Positions 19,875-29,077 of a stretch of DNA of 52,767 nucleotides are shown here, one piece after another. How positions within the stretch are numbered: position 1 is the first letter of the stretch; every line of letters begins with the position of its first letter. The notes below the pieces were generated by a model. The model searched no databases. It was given only the letters and a program-made list of their open reading frames with translations, and was not told the DNA's origin. Made by a program: the position numbers and the translations under genes. Location of the stretch: positions 1-52,767 of the IMG/VR virus record IMGVR_UViG_3300042319_001969; one strand, 5' to 3'. The DNA comes from a virus (lineage: Duplodnaviria > Caudoviricetes).

Positions 19875-20936
19875 TTAAGCAATTCTTCCTTTGTTTTGTT
19901 GTAGTCTTTGATATAAGCCTTGTAAATCTGCAATGTCAGTTTCTTTACTTTGAGTTATACCTTTAACACCTGAAGTAGCTAATTGAGCAGCAGCGATTGG
20001 AAGTAGGAATTGCATACCTGGGATTAAACCTAATCCTCCAGTTATTGCAGCTCCTCCTAATCCTTTACCTGCTCCTTTTAAGAATTCTCCAAGTTTACCT
20101 TTATTATAAGGCTTAATTCCTCTTCGCATACCTTGAATCATTCTTTCGTCATCTACAGACATTCCTGAGTAATTCTTAGCTCCTGCAGCTTCTGCTAATA
20201 TTAATCTTTCTAATTCTCCAACATCTCCTGAAGTATTAGCTAAATCTCCTAAAGCAAATGCGCTATCAATACCTTGAGTTACTCCCCCAATAACAGGAGC
20301 AGCTTTATTTAAAGCATTTAAACCTTTTCCTAATACGCCACCTGCTTTTCCTGCAGCTCCTTTTAATTTACCAAATAAACCACCCATTTTACCAGCAGCT
20401 CCAGAAGCTTTTGCAGCACCAGCGGCAGGACTATTTACAAGTGCTAATGGAAATTTACCCGTAGAAGGAGCAGCTGTAGCAGCAGCATTAGCAACATCAT
20501 CAACGAGAGCTAATGGAAATTGACCACCAGGAGCACTAGTTACAGGGTTAACTCCGCTTGGGTTATTTAAAATATTTATTGGGCTATCTCCAAAAACATT
20601 TGGTAGCCCACCTTTTAATTGACTAATCTTATTAACGTTAACCGCTTCAGCGTTTCTAGTTATAGCTGCTGGAGCTTTAGCTAACACTTCATCTATGCTA
20701 TTCATCGGATTTGCTTGACTTAATATATTAGCCCCTGCGGTAGGTGGAGCTGGAATATTAGCGGGTGTACTACTATCTACGTTTTTTAACAAATCTAATA
20801 GTTCATCTCCCCCAGGTTGTACCGAAAAATTAGTTCCGCTATTTATTTGATTAAGAAAATCCATTTCATCTTGTGGAGTCATTCCAATAGCTCTTTTACT
20901 TTGAGCTATTAATCTTAATAATTGTTCGTTTGTCAT
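19875..20936 (-). CDS. Gly/Ala-rich probable ejection (DNA injection) protein
   Basis: Amphipathic Gly-rich segments; position in the virion module. Confidence 0.6.
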   Translation of the reverse strand: MTNEQLLRLIAQSKRAIGMTPQDEMDFLNQINSGTNFSVQPGGDELLDLLKNVDSSTPANIPAPPTAGANILSQANPMNSIDEVLAKAPAAITRNAEAVNVNKISQLKGGLPNVFGDSPINILNNPSGVNPVTSAPGGQFPLALVDDVANAAATAAPSTGKFPLALVNSPAAGAAKASGAAGKMGGLFGKLKGAAGKAGGVLGKGLNALNKAAPVIGGVTQGIDSAFALGDLANTSGDVGELERLILAEAAGAKNYSGMSVDDERMIQGMRRGIKPYNKGKLGEFLKGAGKGLGGAAITGGLGLIPGMQFLLPIAAAQLATSGVKGITQSKETDIADLQGLYQRLQQNKGRIA

Positions 20937-20944
20937 AATTTATC

Positions 20945-21844
20945 CTATCTTGTTGACGTAAATCCAGTGTAAGCATCTCTTAACGATGGGTCTACATTTT
21001 TAGTAGATTCGCTATATCTATTTTGCCAATCACCTAGTTCTTGATTATAGATGTTTCTTTCTTTATCGTATTGTTGTTGTTGATATCCGGTAGTACGTTG
21101 AGCTCTAGTAGCATCTCTGTCATTAACATCTTTACGTAAACCCATTGCTTGGTTTTGTTGATTTAACAACATTTGGGTTAAATTGTTAGCAGTATCTAAA
21201 GAAGTAGAACGTTGTTTGTTTTGAGCAGACAATAATACGTTAACGTTATTAGCTAATCTTAAACCGGCAGAAGCTCCTGCTTCTAAAGCTCCCATTCTTC
21301 CTTTTTCCATTTGTGAACCAATTTCACCTAAGGTAGCTTTGTTTTGTTCTGCTTGACTTCCTAAAATATCTTGTCTAGCTACGTCGTAAGTTTTTTGTAA
21401 GTTGCCAGTTTCTTCTTGAGCAAATTGTCTAGCTCTAGCATCGTCTAAACTTATATCTCCAGCAGCACGTGCATTAATGTCTTCTCTATTTAAATCTTCA
21501 GGTCTATCTTCTGCAGCTTCTTGAACTCTTTGTAAATCTGCTAAAAAGTCTTCTGTTCCAAGAAAGTCTGTATCATTCCCCATAAAAAAATCGCCAAAAC
21601 CTCTGTCTTCGCCATATTGTTCAAACATTCCTAATAGTTCATCATCAGTTAAACTTTGTAAAAATGCGTTATCAGGCTGATTGGTTCTTAAATCAGCAAT
21701 TTCTTCTTTTCTTCGTCTAGTATCTCCGCCAAATTCATTAGCAAATAAACTCTGAACCCCAGCTACACCGGCACTGGCTGGAAGAAACAGAGCGTTACCT
21801 AATAATTTTAACCAATTTGGTTGATTTGTTCTAGTTGCTGCCAT
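20945..21844 (-). CDS. Gln/Asn-rich helical probable ejection protein
   Basis: Coiled-coil-like composition typical of podovirus pilot proteins. Confidence 0.55.
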   Translation of the reverse strand: MAATRTNQPNWLKLLGNALFLPASAGVAGVQSLFANEFGGDTRRRKEEIADLRTNQPDNAFLQSLTDDELLGMFEQYGEDRGFGDFFMGNDTDFLGTEDFLADLQRVQEAAEDRPEDLNREDINARAAGDISLDDARARQFAQEETGNLQKTYDVARQDILGSQAEQNKATLGEIGSQMEKGRMGALEAGASAGLRLANNVNVLLSAQNKQRSTSLDTANNLTQMLLNQQNQAMGLRKDVNDRDATRAQRTTGYQQQQYDKERNIYNQELGDWQNRYSESTKNVDPSLRDAYTGFTSTR

Positions 21845-21864
21845 ATTTTGTTTACCTATATATT

Positions 21865-21894
21865 ATTATACATTATTTGTCAAAGATTTGTCAA
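21865..21894 (-). promoter_or_regulatory. sigma70-type promoter
   Basis: TTGACA-N18-TATAAT; shares CAAATAATGTATAAT with the 19454 promoter; second TTGACA in the spacer. Confidence 0.75.
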
Positions 21895-22810
21895 GACTTA
21901 AAGGAAGAACCTTAGCTTTCATAGCTAAGTACTTATCAAAAACTTGTTGAGCTAACGTTAAGTTATACACATAAACGTTTTCTACAACGGCTTTACCGTG
22001 TGTAATACCAAAGTAAGTGTTCATTCCTAAAGTTGCCAAAGAAGTAATAATGTTTAATAATAATCCTATATTAAATTCTACAAAACTAACTAGTAATGTA
22101 TTCATAAAAATACTAAGAATTAGTCCGTATAGTAATTTGCCAAATCCTTTGTTTAAATCAAATAAACTTCTATATTCAAATCTATCATCTAATCTAATTA
22201 CATCTGGATTAACATTAGTTAAATGTATTCTTGTATAAGGTTGAAAAAAGAAAACTCTAAGGTTATCCATATTTTCTGAAGTATATTCTTGAGACTTTAA
22301 ATATAAATACTTTTCTTTAAGTCTTGGATACAATCTTAAGGTGTGCTTTTTAATAAACTCATAACGAGACGTAGCTGGGCGTTCTTTAATAAACAATTGA
22401 ACCAACCGGCGGTGAGTAATTAATGCTTTTGCAGTTGCAAACCAATCTAAATAGAATAGTTTACGATTAATCTTGTTTATCCATGCTTGTATACGACGTT
22501 CTCTGTTTAATTCAATTAAGAAGTCATCAAAATCTTCTTCTAGCTTATTTAATACAATAAATTCTACTACTTCTGCTTTTTTGACATATTTTGTATTAGA
22601 AATCTTTTCTGCATCTACTGTATTACGGCTAGCTATATACCATGCCATAATATGAGTAAACGTACTAGAAACAGTAAGGAACCAAAAATCTGCTGAAGTA
22701 AAGACATCTAATCTAAACCCTACAGCTACAATTTGAGAAAATATATTTACAGCAACAAAGATTATTGCCATAAATATACTTATAAATAGCCCAAATAAGT
22801 TTCTTTTCAT
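21866..22810 (-). CDS. Integral membrane protein (2 TM + soluble domain + 2 TM)
   Basis: Hydrophobic helices at both termini. Confidence 0.75.
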   Translation of the reverse strand: MKRNLFGLFISIFMAIIFVAVNIFSQIVAVGFRLDVFTSADFWFLTVSSTFTHIMAWYIASRNTVDAEKISNTKYVKKAEVVEFIVLNKLEEDFDDFLIELNRERRIQAWINKINRKLFYLDWFATAKALITHRRLVQLFIKERPATSRYEFIKKHTLRLYPRLKEKYLYLKSQEYTSENMDNLRVFFFQPYTRIHLTNVNPDVIRLDDRFEYRSLFDLNKGFGKLLYGLILSIFMNTLLVSFVEFNIGLLLNIITSLATLGMNTYFGITHGKAVVENVYVYNLTLAQQVFDKYLAMKAKVLPLSLDKSLTNNV

Positions 22811-22817
22811 AATTTCC

Positions 22818-23387
22818 TCACTTTATGATTAGCCCATTAATCTTTTCAATTCTTTTTTCAATTTCAGTTAATAACGTAACGTTATTAGCTTCTACAGCTT
22901 TAGTTGCTTTATATTGAGTAATTAGTTGTTTTTTCTTTTGTGAATAAGTGTCATGTAACACATAAAATACTATTCCAATAAAAGCAGAAACAAATATATT
23001 TGTAAAAATATGTCTAAGTACCCCTACAAAATCTAATTTAATTTCAGCAACGCTAAGCACTCCTACTACAATTAATAAGGGTAATATTTTAGGTATTACA
23101 GTAATAATGCTTTTAAACAACGAAGGTTCTAGCTTAACAATAAGTTCTTTTAATTGTTTGTTAAATACTAAATAAGCTATAAACAACATAAAAAAGAAAA
23201 TAGAACTAACTTGTGCAGCAGGGTTTGCTACCGGTAAAAAGTATCTAAAATATAAGTACCCTAAAGGTATAAACACATAAAACAAGATAAATAAAAACCA
23301 AAAACCATATTCTGCAATAGAATATTTTAGTTTTAGTAATTTAAATTCGTGTTCGTTAGTTACCATATTTATTTTTAGCAGCTTCAA
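22818..23387 (-). CDS. Integral membrane protein (about 4 TM); start uncertain
   Basis: Four hydrophobic segments; alternative ATG at MVTNEHE. Confidence 0.7.
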   Translation of the reverse strand: MKLLKINMVTNEHEFKLLKLKYSIAEYGFWFLFILFYVFIPLGYLYFRYFLPVANPAAQVSSIFFFMLFIAYLVFNKQLKELIVKLEPSLFKSIITVIPKILPLLIVVGVLSVAEIKLDFVGVLRHIFTNIFVSAFIGIVFYVLHDTYSQKKKQLITQYKATKAVEANNVTLLTEIEKRIEKINGLIIK

Positions 23388-23850
23388 TATACTGATTAGT
23401 TTCTATCTTAGGTATTGTTAACGTTTTAACAGTTTCGATAGTTTTAGCTACAATATTGCTAATCCCTTGTACATTTTCAATGACCTGCTTTACTTCAGAA
23501 ATAGTTTCTTTTACAGGTGCGTCTTTGACATTGTTCCATATTTTAGCTAAATCGTTTTTATTTTTAATGCCTGAATTTAAAAATCCAGCATATACGATTT
23601 GACCTACTTTTTGAATAGTAGTTTCTAAAGTATCAATCTTTGCTTCTAAAGTTGCAATCTTAGCGTCTGCTGTAGTAATAACAGCTCCATTGCTGGATAG
23701 TTTATCTAAAGTAATTTTTAAAGCTGCTTTACGTTTAAGTTCTCTAAGATTAGCTAAAATGCCACCTACTGCTACTACTGTAACAGAAATAACACTCCAA
23801 TTTTCGGTAAGCCACATAGTAATGTTGTCTACAATTGCTAATAAATCCAT
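23356..23850 (-). CDS. Membrane-anchored coiled-coil protein (holin-like candidate)
   Basis: N-terminal TM followed by heptad-like repeats; SD AGGAG. Confidence 0.7.
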   Translation of the reverse strand: MDLLAIVDNITMWLTENWSVISVTVVAVGGILANLRELKRKAALKITLDKLSSNGAVITTADAKIATLEAKIDTLETTIQKVGQIVYAGFLNSGIKNKNDLAKIWNNVKDAPVKETISEVKQVIENVQGISNIVAKTIETVKTLTIPKIETNQYIEAAKNKYGN

Positions 23851-23859
23851 AAATATCTC

Positions 23860-24069
23860 CTATAACCCATCATTTAGGGTTTGCCCAAGTGTTTGGACAG
23901 CTTCTGTCAAACTTTGTATTTGTTCTGCTTGTGCCTGAATTAATATTGTTTGAGCGTTGACCGTCTCTACAAGTCTATTAATTAAAGCGCCATACGTGCT
24001 AATAAAAATCCTAATAGCCGTATTGTTATCGTAGTCTACGTTTGGGATTTCAATCTTATCTAGTGCCAT
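23860..24069 (-). CDS. Small coiled-coil hypothetical protein
   Basis: 69-aa ORF tightly packed in the operon. Confidence 0.7.
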   Translation of the reverse strand: MALDKIEIPNVDYDNNTAIRIFISTYGALINRLVETVNAQTILIQAQAEQIQSLTEAVQTLGQTLNDGL

Positions 24070-24070
24070 A

Positions 24071-24364
24071 TTACCATTTTACCTTATCTGCCCAATAAGC
24101 TGCCGACATAGGCCCTTTAGCTATATTGCTTGCATGTCTAGCTTTAAACGAACGTTGTCTTGCTTGTTCACCAGAAGATTTAGGATTTGCGCCTGCTCCA
24201 CTAACACCTTGTTGACCGAATCTAATGGTTTTAGTTGTTCCACCAGAACGTGCAACTACTACGTGAGATTTAGTAGGATGCCCTGGAGTACGTTTAGGTT
24301 TATTAAACCCACTAACTCCTGCTCTCTTTAAAACGTTGTATAATTCTTTTTTATCTTGTGCCAT
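24071..24364 (-). CDS. Small basic conserved-type phage protein of unknown function
   Basis: KTIRFGQQG...RSFKARH...SAAYWADKVKW pattern recognisable from uncharacterised viral proteins. Confidence 0.75.
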   Translation of the reverse strand: MAQDKKELYNVLKRAGVSGFNKPKRTPGHPTKSHVVVARSGGTTKTIRFGQQGVSGAGANPKSSGEQARQRSFKARHASNIAKGPMSAAYWADKVKW

Positions 24365-24382
24365 ATTTATTTTCCTTTATAG

Positions 24383-24411
24383 ATTATAACATATTATTTT
24401 AATAACTCCAA
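24383..24411 (-). promoter_or_regulatory. Extended -10 promoter
   Basis: TGTTATAAT with TTGGAG at 17-nt spacing, upstream of the SD of 24364. Confidence 0.6.
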
Positions 24412-24633
24412 CATTTCTTCTTCAGTAATTGCGCCACTGTCTACTAACCGTTGAAGTTTTTGTTTTTTGTCTTCTTCTATTTTTATATCTGTTTCTTCAT
24501 ACTCATAATCAATACTACTATTAACATCGCTATACAATATACCAGTTTCTTTGTTTTTAATATAAACGTGTTTATCGCTGTAGTTACGATAGATGGTATC
24601 TTCTAATATGGTAATAACTTCTCTGATTATCAT
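24394..24633 (-). CDS. Small acidic protein, possible tail-fibre assembly chaperone
   Basis: 79 aa, directly after the putative receptor-binding gene. Confidence 0.6.
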   Translation of the reverse strand: MIIREVITILEDTIYRNYSDKHVYIKNKETGILYSDVNSSIDYEYEETDIKIEEDKKQKLQRLVDSGAITEEEMLELLK

Positions 24634-24635
24634 AG

Positions 24636-25973
24636 TTAACTTCCTCCGTTAATTAGTTTTCTAAACGGTGATACTGCTCTATCGGGCAATGCAGCAATAA
24701 GACCTGCTCTACCTGTTCCATACACAATAATACCAGTTCCACTTGCACTTGTTTTTGAATTGGGTAATTGCGACAAAGAGTTATTGTCCGTAGGATATAC
24801 CGAAGCGTTATAAGTAATTGTAGATAAGGAAATACAACTGCCTAAAAAAAAAGTTCCAATAGATGTTACTGTAGAAGGAATAGTTAGTGGTTGGTTAAAA
24901 TTTCCTGCAGAGTTTAAAAAAGTATTTCCAATAGATGTTACTGAAGAAGGAATAGTTAGTGGTTGGTTAAAAACTCTTGAAGCAGATAAAAAATTACTTC
25001 CAATAGATGTTACTGAAGAAGGAATAATTAGTGGCTGATTGAAAGAATCGCCATCTGCTAAAAAAAAATTTGGAAGAGAAGTTATACCCGAAGGAATCGT
25101 TACAGGTTGATTAAAATTTTTCATCTGCCCAAGAAAACTTTGCCCAATGGTTGTTAGGCTTGAGGGAAGAGTTAGTGGTTGGTTGAATGATGCTAAGCTA
25201 AATAAAAAACCAGACCCAACGGCTGTTAGGCTTGAGGGAAGAGTTAGTGGCTGATTGAAAGAACTTGCATTACTTAAAAAACTTTGCCCAATAGATGTTA
25301 TATTAGAAGGGATAATTAGTGGTTGATTGAAAGAACTTGTATTACTTAAAAAACTTGCTCCAATTATTGTTGAACTTGTCGGTGTTGGTAATGTTAATGG
25401 TTGGTTAAACAAAGTGCAATTAGACAAAACAGCACTAACGTTTAACGATGTTGCTCTTCCAATTAAAACATTTAAGACTTGATACGCATATATATTATTA
25501 TATAAAGTTGTGGTGGTTGAAAAATTGGGCAAAGTCGTGCTTACGATAAACCGATAGTTTGTTCCTGTGGTCGCTGTGCCTACAGTTCCTTCAGTTCCAT
25601 CTTTGGTAATGTTCAAATAAGCAAACGTTAGGTTTTCTACCCCTGTTAAAGTTGTTCCATAATGTGCATGAAGTCCTCTATAAGTAATACTTTGACTATC
25701 TTTGACACAAGTAATGTCAAAAAACTTCAACGAGTTTGTAGCACTTGTAACGATAAAATTCACGGTAACGTTTCGTGTTCCGTTATTGATTATGGTTGCT
25801 CTGCCAGTTAAACCTGTAATCGTAATGTTATGCGTTAAGGATTTATATTCATAATTGTTTTCGTAAGATATATTATTATCTTTTGCAGTGATTGGAACTG
25901 TTGCCCCTGTAAAGATACCTTGTGTTTGAATAGAAGGTAAACCTCCACCTACTACGCTATTAATTATTGGCAT
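24636..25973 (-). CDS. Leucine-rich-repeat (BspA/FNIP-like) putative receptor-binding protein
   Basis: Eight ~24-aa repeats FNQPLxxPSxxTSIGxxFL, within the tail-fibre cluster. Confidence 0.8.
   Translation of the reverse strand: MPIINSVVGGGLPSIQTQGIFTGATVPITAKDNNISYENNYEYKSLTHNITITGLTGRATIINNGTRNVTVNFIVTSATNSLKFFDITCVKDSQSITYRGLHAHYGTTLTGVENLTFAYLNITKDGTEGTVGTATTGTNYRFIVSTTLPNFSTTTTLYNNIYAYQVLNVLIGRATSLNVSAVLSNCTLFNQPLTLPTPTSSTIIGASFLSNTSSFNQPLIIPSNITSIGQSFLSNASSFNQPLTLPSSLTAVGSGFLFSLASFNQPLTLPSSLTTIGQSFLGQMKNFNQPVTIPSGITSLPNFFLADGDSFNQPLIIPSSVTSIGSNFLSASRVFNQPLTIPSSVTSIGNTFLNSAGNFNQPLTIPSTVTSIGTFFLGSCISLSTITYNASVYPTDNNSLSQLPNSKTSASGTGIIVYGTGRAGLIAALPDRAVSPFRKLINGGS
24830..25412 (-). repeat. 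72-bp imperfect tandem repeats encoding the LRR units
   Basis: For example CCAATAGATGTTACT recurs at 24856 and 24928 (72-nt period). Confidence 0.85.
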
Positions 25974-25976
25974 ATG

Positions 25977-26525
25977 TTAACCCCTCACCACTACAACATC
26001 AATACTTGCTGTGGGTGTTATTGAGCAAGTAAAGGTAATTGAGTTAGTTCCTTGTGCTGTTGCACGAACTTCAGCTGAAACAAAATTGGTATAACTTGCA
26101 GAAGCAGGACTAATCCATAAAAAACTTGAAGCAGTCACACCACTTACTGTTTTTGTGGCAGAATTAGCAGACCAATCGCCAGAAGCAATCGTAACGGTTG
26201 TAGAAACTAAAGGAGTTGCCCAAGTTGGAACACCACCACTAACAGTTAAAACTTGTCCAGTTGTTCCAATACTTCTTGTATGCCAACCATAATAATCTCC
26301 AAAAAGAATAACACCTTGATTACTTCCACCACCAGGAGCGCTATAAGCACCAGGAAAGGTACTTCCAGTAAGGGTGTTTGTTGGTAAGTCGGATAACGTG
26401 TGATTATGAGAAGTAGGCGTAAAAGTAGTAGGTTTACTGTCTATTTGTCCCCAAGTAGTAGTAGGATACAGTACATCATATACTGCACCTACTTTACGTT
26501 TTAATGTAATATCTAAAAGGGCCAT
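25977..26525 (-). CDS. Short tail fibre protein
   Basis: SHNHTLSDL, GTTGQVLTVSGGVPTWA fibre motifs. Confidence 0.75.
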   Translation of the reverse strand: MALLDITLKRKVGAVYDVLYPTTTWGQIDSKPTTFTPTSHNHTLSDLPTNTLTGSTFPGAYSAPGGGSNQGVILFGDYYGWHTRSIGTTGQVLTVSGGVPTWATPLVSTTVTIASGDWSANSATKTVSGVTASSFLWISPASASYTNFVSAEVRATAQGTNSITFTCSITPTASIDVVVVRG

Positions 26526-26535
26526 TAATTAATCC

Positions 26536-27864
26536 TTAAAAGTCTGGGGTTGTAGCATCTAAGTCTAAGACTAAATCGCCATCGCTATCTGCAGCAGCGT
26601 TATAGTATATTTCTGGGCGATTGTTTAAAGAAGTGCTTGACGCAGCATCCGTAATTCCATAACCAGCAAGAGTTGTTGGTTTAGAAGTTAATGAAGCAAA
26701 GGTATGAGTGTGGTCACCTAAAGAAACTGTAGTAGAAGTAGTACCTGTAGGAATACGACCAATTGCAAACGTACCAGTAGTAATTTTAGCTGTGTCTAAT
26801 GCAGGAATATCTGTAGCAGCTAAAGTAGTACCTGCAGTAACTAAACCTTTAGCATCATACGTAATCTTAGTGTTTGTAGCACCCGTAATTGCAGCATTTG
26901 CTACTACTGCGTCTGTAATGCCATATCCGCTTAATGTAGTGGGTTTGCTAGTAATATTAGCAAATGCGTGAGCGTGTGAATCGTCTGCAACTGCAACTGT
27001 TAAAGTTACATCAGTACTGCCATCAATAGACACACTGCCTGAAGCATCTCCGTTAAGAGTAAGAGTTCTTGCAGTAGCCCATTTAGAAGCAGCAGCTGCA
27101 GTAGAACTTATCCCAAGGTATTGAGAGTGCGTATGGTTTGCTCTAGCAAGTTTATCAGCAGTAATACCATTTAAATCAGTTCCAGCAGTATAAGTTAATC
27201 CTAATAAGTTTCCTTCAGTGATAACCGTGCTTCCAGTTAAACCAGTTAAGATTCCACCATTGCCATCAGATAAGGTTGCAATACCAGGCACAGTGTCAGA
27301 GGCAGCATTATAAGTATTATTAATAATTGAGAAAGTAAATTCTTCGTCATCTAAATCACCCGCTGTGTCGCTGTATTTTGTAAATACAACTATATCTCCG
27401 GCTTCTAATGTAACTGGTGAAGTTGAGTCAGCTTCATCACCTGGAGTTAATACATGATATCTATATACTGGACCAAGGGTGGTTTGGTCTGTCCAAGATA
27501 ATGTAGTTGTTGAAGCACAAACCCAAAAATAACCATACATATTTTCATAATCGCCACCTGATAAAGCTACTAATTGTGCGACTAAACCAGTAGTTGCAGC
27601 ACTTAATGAAGCAGTTCCACCGATTGTTCCAACAAGATAAAAACCACGACCAGCACCAGTAATAAATGCTGGAAGGTTCGCAACAGGAACTTTGCTGCTT
27701 GAATCCAACGGAGCAACTCCGTTTGCTGCACCTCGTGCAGTTGTATTAATTTTTGCATCAAGTGCAGTTTGTAATCCTACAACCTGACCAATAACCGTAG
27801 TAGGGTATAAAACGTCATAGCTTGCCCCTACTTTTCTTTTAATTGTAATGTCTAAATTTGCCAT
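26536..27864 (-). CDS. Tail fibre protein
   Basis: GAANGVAPLD, HTH motifs, two copies of TSKPTTL(S/A)GYGITDA. Confidence 0.85.
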   Translation of the reverse strand: MANLDITIKRKVGASYDVLYPTTVIGQVVGLQTALDAKINTTARGAANGVAPLDSSSKVPVANLPAFITGAGRGFYLVGTIGGTASLSAATTGLVAQLVALSGGDYENMYGYFWVCASTTTLSWTDQTTLGPVYRYHVLTPGDEADSTSPVTLEAGDIVVFTKYSDTAGDLDDEEFTFSIINNTYNAASDTVPGIATLSDGNGGILTGLTGSTVITEGNLLGLTYTAGTDLNGITADKLARANHTHSQYLGISSTAAAASKWATARTLTLNGDASGSVSIDGSTDVTLTVAVADDSHAHAFANITSKPTTLSGYGITDAVVANAAITGATNTKITYDAKGLVTAGTTLAATDIPALDTAKITTGTFAIGRIPTGTTSTTVSLGDHTHTFASLTSKPTTLAGYGITDAASSTSLNNRPEIYYNAAADSDGDLVLDLDATTPDF

Positions 27865-27867
27865 ATT

Positions 27868-28314
27868 TTATCTTCCCTTAACATCATTTACTAAGATGTC
27901 TTGTAACTCGATAGCATTATCCAAATTACCTTGTAACGCTTTTAGAGTATTTTTAAATACATTTATATATTGGTTAGAAAAAGAAATTAATTTTTTATTT
28001 TCTTCTTCTAACTTCTTAATAGCATCTTCATATCTTTCAATAGAAGGAGTGCTGTTAATTTTGTTTTGTAATTCTGATATTTTATTAGAAAGTTCGTTTT
28101 TTTCTTTAATGCTTCTTTCTTTAAACTCAGCATATTGTTTGCTAATATTTGCAAGCTCAGAATTTTTAGTTTCAGTTAGTTTAGCTAATAAAGCTTCTTT
28201 TTCTTTTAAAATAGAAGCAATTTCTGCATCTTTTGCGTCTACAGCAGATGCTAAATGACGTTGTTCTTCAACTTTAGCTAACAATTCGTTTTTCTTCATA
28301 TCTTTGTATTCCAT
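27868..28314 (-). CDS. Coiled-coil hypothetical protein
   Basis: Lys/Glu-rich heptads; SD AGGAG. Confidence 0.75.
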   Translation of the reverse strand: MEYKDMKKNELLAKVEEQRHLASAVDAKDAEIASILKEKEALLAKLTETKNSELANISKQYAEFKERSIKEKNELSNKISELQNKINSTPSIERYEDAIKKLEEENKKLISFSNQYINVFKNTLKALQGNLDNAIELQDILVNDVKGR

Positions 28315-28324
28315 ATTTTCTCCT

Positions 28325-29077
28325 TTATGGTTTTATATCGTACCAGAAGTCGCCTGTAACTTGACCTATAGGTTCGTTTTGAGCTACTTCAATCCATAAG
28401 CCGCCTTCTGCTCTATAGTTTATTTCATATACGAATATTTTACCGCTACCATTGTTTTTAAGTTCTGTAATAGTAGCTAACCATAATGCAGCATTAGGCC
28501 TGTCTGGAATAGTAGTTGAGTACTTAGCAGCTTCTGTAGCTGATAAATACAATCTACTACCTTCCATTATACCACTTATACTAGCACTGTCAACAATATT
28601 TGCAAAATTTGCAACATCTACGTTTCCAAATACTAATACTGGAGTAAAAGCATTTTTAATTGACGAATATCGTAAAACTCCAACCATCTTAGATTTAGTC
28701 GGGTCAGACGCTATAGCAGTAGTAAATAGTTTATGACTACCTTGAGCTCCTGCCCAACTTACTGGAGCTCCGGCTGGAAGGTCTAAATTGCTATCGTTTT
28801 TACCAATATCTCCTAATTTATTGTAATAATCAATTTGGTCGCTAAGAGTTTTTAAGTTTTCAATTACAGCAACCATTACTTCTGTTATAGTAAGTCCTTG
28901 GCTAAGACTACGCTTTACTTGTTCAAATAGCTGGTTCCAGTCATTTATAGTAACGCTTTTGCTAGCTAAAGTCTTAAATAAAGGAATATACCAAGTAGGA
29001 AGGTTGTTAAAACCTTCTATATTGTTTTCAAAATAGTTAATGATGTCATCTAATGTTGCATTAACTGGGATTGGCAT
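28325..29077 (-). CDS. Tail-associated protein (fibre adaptor-like)
   Basis: C-terminal EP...GDFWYD motif common in fibre proteins; position. Confidence 0.6.
   Translation of the reverse strand: MPIPVNATLDDIINYFENNIEGFNNLPTWYIPLFKTLASKSVTINDWNQLFEQVKRSLSQGLTITEVMVAVIENLKTLSDQIDYYNKLGDIGKNDSNLDLPAGAPVSWAGAQGSHKLFTTAIASDPTKSKMVGVLRYSSIKNAFTPVLVFGNVDVANFANIVDSASISGIMEGSRLYLSATEAAKYSTTIPDRPNAALWLATITELKNNGSGKIFVYEINYRAEGGLWIEVAQNEPIGQVTGDFWYDIKP

Noticed and set aside
24830-25412. CRISPR array or DGR template/variable repeat
   Set aside because: The repeats are in-frame 72-bp coding units without unique spacers; no cas or reverse transcriptase genes are present, and differences are not adenine-specific.
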